Positions 56,401-59,418 of a DNA stretch of 59,418 bases are shown piece after piece. The stretch covers positions 1-59,418 of the forward strand of contig CALLCY010000006.1 in NCBI GenBank assembly GCA_938000015.1, written 5' to 3'. The DNA comes from an uncultured Clostridia bacterium (GTDB lineage Bacteria; Bacillota; Clostridia; Oscillospirales; Butyricicoccaceae). The notes beneath the pieces were generated by a model. That model had not been told where the DNA came from, did no database searches, and was given only the letters and a program-made list of their open reading frames with translations. A program made the position numbers and the translations under genes. Within the stretch, counting starts at the first letter, position 1. Each line of letters opens with the position of its first letter.

Positions 56401-57464
56401 ACCGGCAGGTTTTTTTCCCCCGGTCTCTCTGTTTCTTCCCCATGTACTTCCCGGGCTCCAGCAGAAACTGGCCGGGTTGCGCTCCCACGCTCTACTCCAG
56501 AAACAGTGCTTGCAGAACCTTGGGATACACTTTCCGGTGTCCCTTGAATGGGAAGTGGGGCGCGCAGCCCCCGGGAGTTTTCCCCAGTTTTTTCTTCACC
56601 TCGGCGGCTCGTTTCTTCTGTCTGGGCCACAGCAGACTCCCGGATCACTTCCTTATGAGGAAGCGAAGAGCTGCTTTCCTCTGGTTTCTCCCCCTTTTTC
56701 TGGCTGCGCTTCTTTTTCCCCTTGCTGGGGAAAGCAGCATCCCCTTGTTCAGGGAGATCATAACGGTTTTTTTGCTGCCGCAAACGGTGAGGCACTGGGG
56801 CCTGCTCTCGTACCATTTCCCCCTGCTCTGGTTTTTGCACTATGGTCAAAGGGGGGGTATGCAAAGACTGCGGCTTTCTTTCGGCCTCCGTCCGACTAGG
56901 GCCAGAGGTCTCCGGCTTCAAAGAAGGAGCTGGGCGAACAGAAGAAAGCTGTTTTTCATGCGCCGGGACAGATTTCCCCGGCAGCACGGCCCGTGTCAGC
57001 CGTTCTTCACCGAATTTGCCGTTTTTTTTTAACTGTTGGGTCAGTTCCGAAAGAGCCTTCTGAAACTGGCCAGCCTGGATCAACTCCCCTTCCACAGCCC
57101 GCCGGATCTGCTGGGCCTGGGAGCTTACCGAGCCCCGAGCGGTGGAAAGCGCCTGATCCAGCTGACGGGTCAGCTGAAGCTGTAAGTTGTGCTGCTGGCG
57201 GAGAAAGGTGTTACTTTCATCACAATAAGCCCGCAGCTGCATCAAAAGATTGACCACCACCGGCTGTTGAGGTGCCGGAGTCAGTTCTGCCCCCTGTCCC
57301 TCCCGTGGGAGTACATAGGACAAAGATTCCAGACGCAACGCCTCTCCCGTGATCCCCTTTTGTAGGATGGACTGACAGAAGGCGGCATTGCTGCCAGGCA
57401 GGGTGAACTCCCCCAGCCCCCGGCCGATGGTACCGGTTATTGGTTTGAATCCTCCCATGCCCAT
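53460..57464 (-). CDS. Large low-complexity repeat protein (1334 aa), tape-measure candidate
   Basis: Open frame with RBS, between tube and tube-initiator genes; C-terminal helix MAAQVLDRVERRLRTERRKIG resembles ends of CIS-locus proteins. Confidence 0.7.
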   Translation of the reverse strand: MGMGGFKPITGTIGRGLGEFTLPGSNAAFCQSILQKGITGEALRLESLSYVLPREGQGAELTPAPQQPVVVNLLMQLRAYCDESNTFLRQQHNLQLQLTRQLDQALSTARGSVSSQAQQIRRAVEGELIQAGQFQKALSELTQQLKKNGKFGEERLTRAVLPGKSVPAHEKQLSSVRPAPSLKPETSGPSRTEAERKPQSLHTPPLTIVQKPEQGEMVREQAPVPHRLRQQKNRYDLPEQGDAAFPSKGKKKRSQKKGEKPEESSSSLPHKEVIRESAVAQTEETSRRGEEKTGENSRGLRAPLPIQGTPESVSQGSASTVSGVERGSATRPVSAGAREVHGEETERPGEKNLPVLRTFSAISHVASVFQSKIPHTEAGMSQPMGNLPALAPRALGMSNILSVFPSSYVLFPHGGITKAGALSIGPLTLTSKGAAWGRKQEQSLLRSTGVQGMPWIDSPLSAKGMLPGPKSQSWNTEPLLFREIGSSEAPAPNDEARLPVRSNDPHTAWSVERAGSAQTVFSAGENQRGAAWERPSQGDVVWPKTALTLGEKAKNASVFQRASSRMLGSRVFWPSPLFPQRRAGWPSSLVHRTASQAEQETTIASVSGRTQEPVYRTALPTEALTRSGVLAQMQPVSGGAQERVYRTALPTEALSRSSALARMQPVSGGAQEPVYRTALSAEALSRSSALARMQPVSGEAQERVYRTVLPTAALSRSGALARMQLVSREAQERVYRTALPAAALSRSSALARMRPVSGEAQDPVYRTALPAAALSRSGALARMQPVSGEVQDPVYRTALPAAALSRSGALARMQPVSGEAQEPVYRTALPAAALSRSSALARMQPVSGGVQEPVYRTALPAVALSRSGTLARMQPEGGGVQEPVYRTALPVEALSRSSALARMQPVSGGVQEPVYRTALPAVVLSRSGVLAQMQPVSGERHETIYRAALGAFQPNQVDRGNKVSSFRPGRAAWSPSSIPEPSWKLEAPSLSPLPRPWAWDGEPIRWSEENSAIRSETEWGKSFFSVPFSLSFLSSAVPAIENMVAIGRTSSLAPMGVRRTAAPAGKRTLPFSRPWRGGAWNGGKSFMPSPEGQRPLSHPNGTPPTAWEEEGPWDMVFRTSLDAQPEQGEEQREMETSSMGMKPMMGHLALARGQGKPQEPAPLQKEGAPVVRRGQGLSSLLSLENAPSPAGQDETSQPMVHTAFFPEFSEGTPVSQPGRPAASSQDAVKGTGQSVVYRLPPRPQSAPQEKEESGEEVLRAQSVDAGYVSAMNAAYSYQAPESRPRPEAPGAISQETEERIIQQVLQDLNYNRMAAQVLDRVERRLRTERRKIGR
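54620..55655 (-). repeat. About 11.5 tandem 90-bp (30 aa) coding repeats
   Basis: ta(t/c)acc-type anchors every 90 bp from 54721 to 55621 plus a partial copy at 54631; unit QPVSGEAQEPVYRTALPAAALSRSGALARM. Confidence 0.93.
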
Positions 57465-57494
57465 GCCTTTCCTCCTCTCCGGCCCTCCCCCCTG

Positions 57495-57977
57495 CTAAAA
57501 CAGAGAAGGAATAGGAATATTTTTCAGCCCCTTATGGGTGATGGTGAATGTTTCGATCAAAGGCTCGGAGCGAGTGGCGTCCAGATTGCTGACCTCCCAC
57601 TCCACAACGCCCTGGGAAATAAAGGAATAGATCGCCTTGATGCTCTGGCTTTCGTCCAGCACCAGGATCAGGCCCAGGGCATCCTTGGCCTCAATGGCCT
57701 GACTGCCCACATATCCAGCCAAAAGACCGGCGATGCTCAGCTTGCGCATCTGGTATCCCCGCTTAAAAACGAGCCGGTGAGGTTCGGTCTGGGGTTTGGG
57801 AATGCGGATGGGATAGTAGTTACGGCCCCCTTCGCTGATGAAATCCACCGACTGGCTCCGCCCAATGCCTGAAACACTCTGAAATCCCAGTGTCACTGCA
57901 TTGAACAGCACAATAAACCGCACCGCCACAATGGGATCATAATGGCTGCTGCGGGTGATGAAAAAGGGTACCTTCAT
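57495..57977 (-). CDS. T4 gp19-like tail tube protein 2 (Afp5-like)
   Basis: GFQSVSG, EGGRN, LVFKRG, LDAT.SEPLIETFTITH. Confidence 0.82.
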   Translation of the reverse strand: MKVPFFITRSSHYDPIVAVRFIVLFNAVTLGFQSVSGIGRSQSVDFISEGGRNYYPIRIPKPQTEPHRLVFKRGYQMRKLSIAGLLAGYVGSQAIEAKDALGLILVLDESQSIKAIYSFISQGVVEWEVSNLDATRSEPLIETFTITHKGLKNIPIPSLF

Positions 57978-58013
57978 GCGCTTCCTCCTTTCCCCAAGGG
58001 TCCCGTTTTTTTG

Positions 58014-58208
58014 TTAAAACACATCAAAGATGTTTTTGCCCCGGGTCTCCTGGTTCATTTTGTCATTGATCCGGGAAACCTCCCGGCAAAACCGGAGCCG
58101 CTCCCTGTGTTCCATGTCCATCAGTTCGCCGTAACTCCAGTGCAGATAGTAGCCCAAAAAAGCTATCTCCTCATAGATCCGGTCCAGGGGATAGCTTTTT
58201 GCTATTCC
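58014..58208 (-). CDS. DUF6760-like ORF with no ATG/GTG/TTG start before its conserved region (probable frameshift extension of the tail chaperone)
   Basis: Hand translation GIAKSYPLDRIYEEIAFLGYYLHWSYGELMDMEHRERLRFCREVSRINDKMNQETRGKNIFDVF*; absent from the ORF track. Confidence 0.8.
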   Translation of the reverse strand, partial: GIAKSYPLDRIYEEIAFLGYYLHWSYGELMDMEHRERLRFCREVSRINDKMNQETRGKNIFDVF

Positions 58209-58567
58209 CCCAGCAGGGATACCTCCACCTTGAACTTTTCACCGCAGTGGGGGCAGGTTGCTTCCACCCGAATGGGCTCCACCGCGTTGATCTGCTGGTA
58301 GAGGTTCTGGAGATAGGCCATATCGGAAGAGGGCAGCTTTTCCACGATCCGGTTGTCGATGGCCGGCAGCGTGCCCAGTTTGGTGATGACCCGTGTCATC
58401 AGCACCACGCTGAGATAGGCCGGGTTCTGCTGGACCCTAGGGTCCTTGAGAGGCAAAATCTCATCCGCCGCCGTGGCAAAACGCATGGTGCCCTCCCGAT
58501 GCACCGTGCCGTTTTCATCCATATAGCCCCGGGGCAATGTGAAGGGATATTCTGTTTGGTAAGCCAT
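58202..58567 (-). CDS. Tail assembly chaperone
   Basis: FTLPRGYMDE.G.VHREG.MR.ATAADEI, D..YLQ.LY..IN, CPHCG; ATG 58567. Confidence 0.82.
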   Translation of the reverse strand: MAYQTEYPFTLPRGYMDENGTVHREGTMRFATAADEILPLKDPRVQQNPAYLSVVLMTRVITKLGTLPAIDNRIVEKLPSSDMAYLQNLYQQINAVEPIRVEATCPHCGEKFKVEVSLLGE

Positions 58568-58603
58568 GTATGGCACCTCATTTCTTCGCTATGGTGACCT
58601 TGC

Positions 58604-58660
58604 CGAAAAAGAGAACATGCCGCCGTGTCCCTGCCCAAAAGGACAAGGACACGGCAGCGA
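58604..58660 (-). terminator. Hairpin / partial terminator after the major tube gene
   Basis: Minus strand GCCGTGTCCTTGTCC-TTTT-GGGCAGGGACACGGC followed by a spaced TTCTCTTTTT. Confidence 0.6.
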
Positions 58661-58667
58661 TGACGCA

Positions 58668-59090
58668 TCACTCGGTGCGAGTCAGGCCTTCGTGGGCCAG
58701 CTCGATGGTTTCGATGGCCACCTCAGAGGAGGTGCCGTTGAAGTCCGGAGCGGTGTATTTCACCGGCCAGGCGTTGATGCACCGCCAGGAAGCGGCAGGG
58801 GAACCCTCTTCGTCCAGAGCGGTAAGGGTCACTGTCTTTTTCTCGATGGTGCCTTCGGTGATGTCGATGAGCCAATCATAAAGCACCATGGTCTCAGAAG
58901 AGCCCCATTTCAAGGTGATGTTGCCATATTTGATCAAGCCGGGCAGCTTTGTGGGGGTGATGGCAGGATCGTCCCCGGCCCGGTATTCCACCACATCGAT
59001 GGTGGCGTCGAAACCGCTGACTTCGCTGAAGCTGCCGGCGTCCAGGCCGTCGATCTCCAGGCGGAATCGGAAATTACGATAGGGAAGCAC
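58668..59090 (-). CDS. T4 gp19-like major tail tube protein (Afp1-like)
   Basis: FRFRLEIDG..GSFSEVSG, EYRAG, KLPG..KYGNITLKWG, AWPVKY, VAIETIELAHEG. Confidence 0.93.
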   Translation of the reverse strand: MLPYRNFRFRLEIDGLDAGSFSEVSGFDATIDVVEYRAGDDPAITPTKLPGLIKYGNITLKWGSSETMVLYDWLIDITEGTIEKKTVTLTALDEEGSPAASWRCINAWPVKYTAPDFNGTSSEVAIETIELAHEGLTRTE

Positions 59091-59133
59091 TTGCTGTTCA
59101 ACTCCTTATATAAAAATCGTGAGAGCCTTTTTC

Positions 59134-59418
59134 TTATTCGCCGGTCTTCTGGGTCAGGCGGAAGATGACAAATTCCGCAGGCTTGACAGGAGCCACGCCG
59201 ATGACGCACACCAGGCGGCCGTTGTCGATGTCATCCTGGGTCATGGTGTTGGTGCCGATGTTTACAAAGAAGGCGTCGGCGGCAGTGGAGCCAGCCAGAG
59301 CGCCGCTCTTCCACATACCCTCCAGAAAGACCTCGATGGTGCGGCGGACACGAATCCACAGCAGCTCGTCGTTGGGCTCAAAGACCGCCCAGTTGGTGTT
59401 GGCTTTGATGGACTCCTC
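59134..59418 (-). CDS. Contractile tail sheath protein, C-terminal part (5' end outside window)
   Basis: WAVFEPND..LW.RVRR.IEVFL..MWKSGAL.G..AFFV..TMTQDDIDNGRLVC.IGVAPVKPAEFVIFRLTQ. Confidence 0.93.
   Translation of the reverse strand, partial: EESIKANTNWAVFEPNDELLWIRVRRTIEVFLEGMWKSGALAGSTAADAFFVNIGTNTMTQDDIDNGRLVCVIGVAPVKPAEFVIFRLTQKTGE

Larger units (their letters stand above)
28273..59418 (-). other. Extracellular/headless contractile injection system (eCIS) gene cluster
   Basis: Co-oriented sheath, tubes, spike, baseplate, DUF4255, AAA+ ATPase and DUF4157 genes; no capsid, terminase or integrase in the window. Confidence 0.92.

Noticed and set aside
42379..59418. Prophage tail region
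   Set aside because: No capsid, portal, terminase or integrase in the window; DUF4255, the Afp15-like ATPase and DUF4157 point to eCIS. Sequence upstream of the sheath is not visible.
31966..59418. Classical T6SS
   Set aside because: No TssJ/L/M, TssK, TssB or ClpV motifs recognised; tubes are gp19-like rather than Hcp.

Overview
GC-rich chromosomal segment of a Gram-positive, probably spore-forming Clostridia-like bacterium (inferred from sigma-A/sigma-F promoters, a bofC-like gene and gene content). Left part (1-17.2 kb) is housekeeping: a His/Cys-rich heavy-metal P1B-ATPase with a CsoR/RcnR repressor, a CorC/HlyC-family transporter, a cobalamin-riboswitch-controlled hemA-sirC-hemC-cobA/hemD-hemB-hemL operon, a class A PBP, bofC-like, yedF, DUF3343, TSUP and GNAT genes. 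Right part (17.2-59.4 kb) is an almost entirely minus-strand cluster of at least 42 kb. It encodes a headless contractile injection system (eCIS: sheath, two tubes, tail chaperone with a probable -1 frameshift, repeat-rich tape-measure candidate, tube initiator, split spike, gp25, two baseplate J proteins, fibre candidate, DUF4255 cap, DUF4280 tip, AAA+ ATPase, DUF4157 cargo). A membrane module (pseudokinase-LysM, pseudo-cyclase-HAMP sensor, MORN protein, secreted stalk-domain protein) is embedded in it. It continues into a catalytically degenerate NHLP-type peptide exporter, a leader-only NHLP peptide, and a sensor-MFS fusion whose N-terminus resembles the embedded sensor. This eCIS plus pseudo-enzyme membrane/export module is the best candidate for an undescribed system. 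All family calls come from motif recognition by eye, not from database searches.
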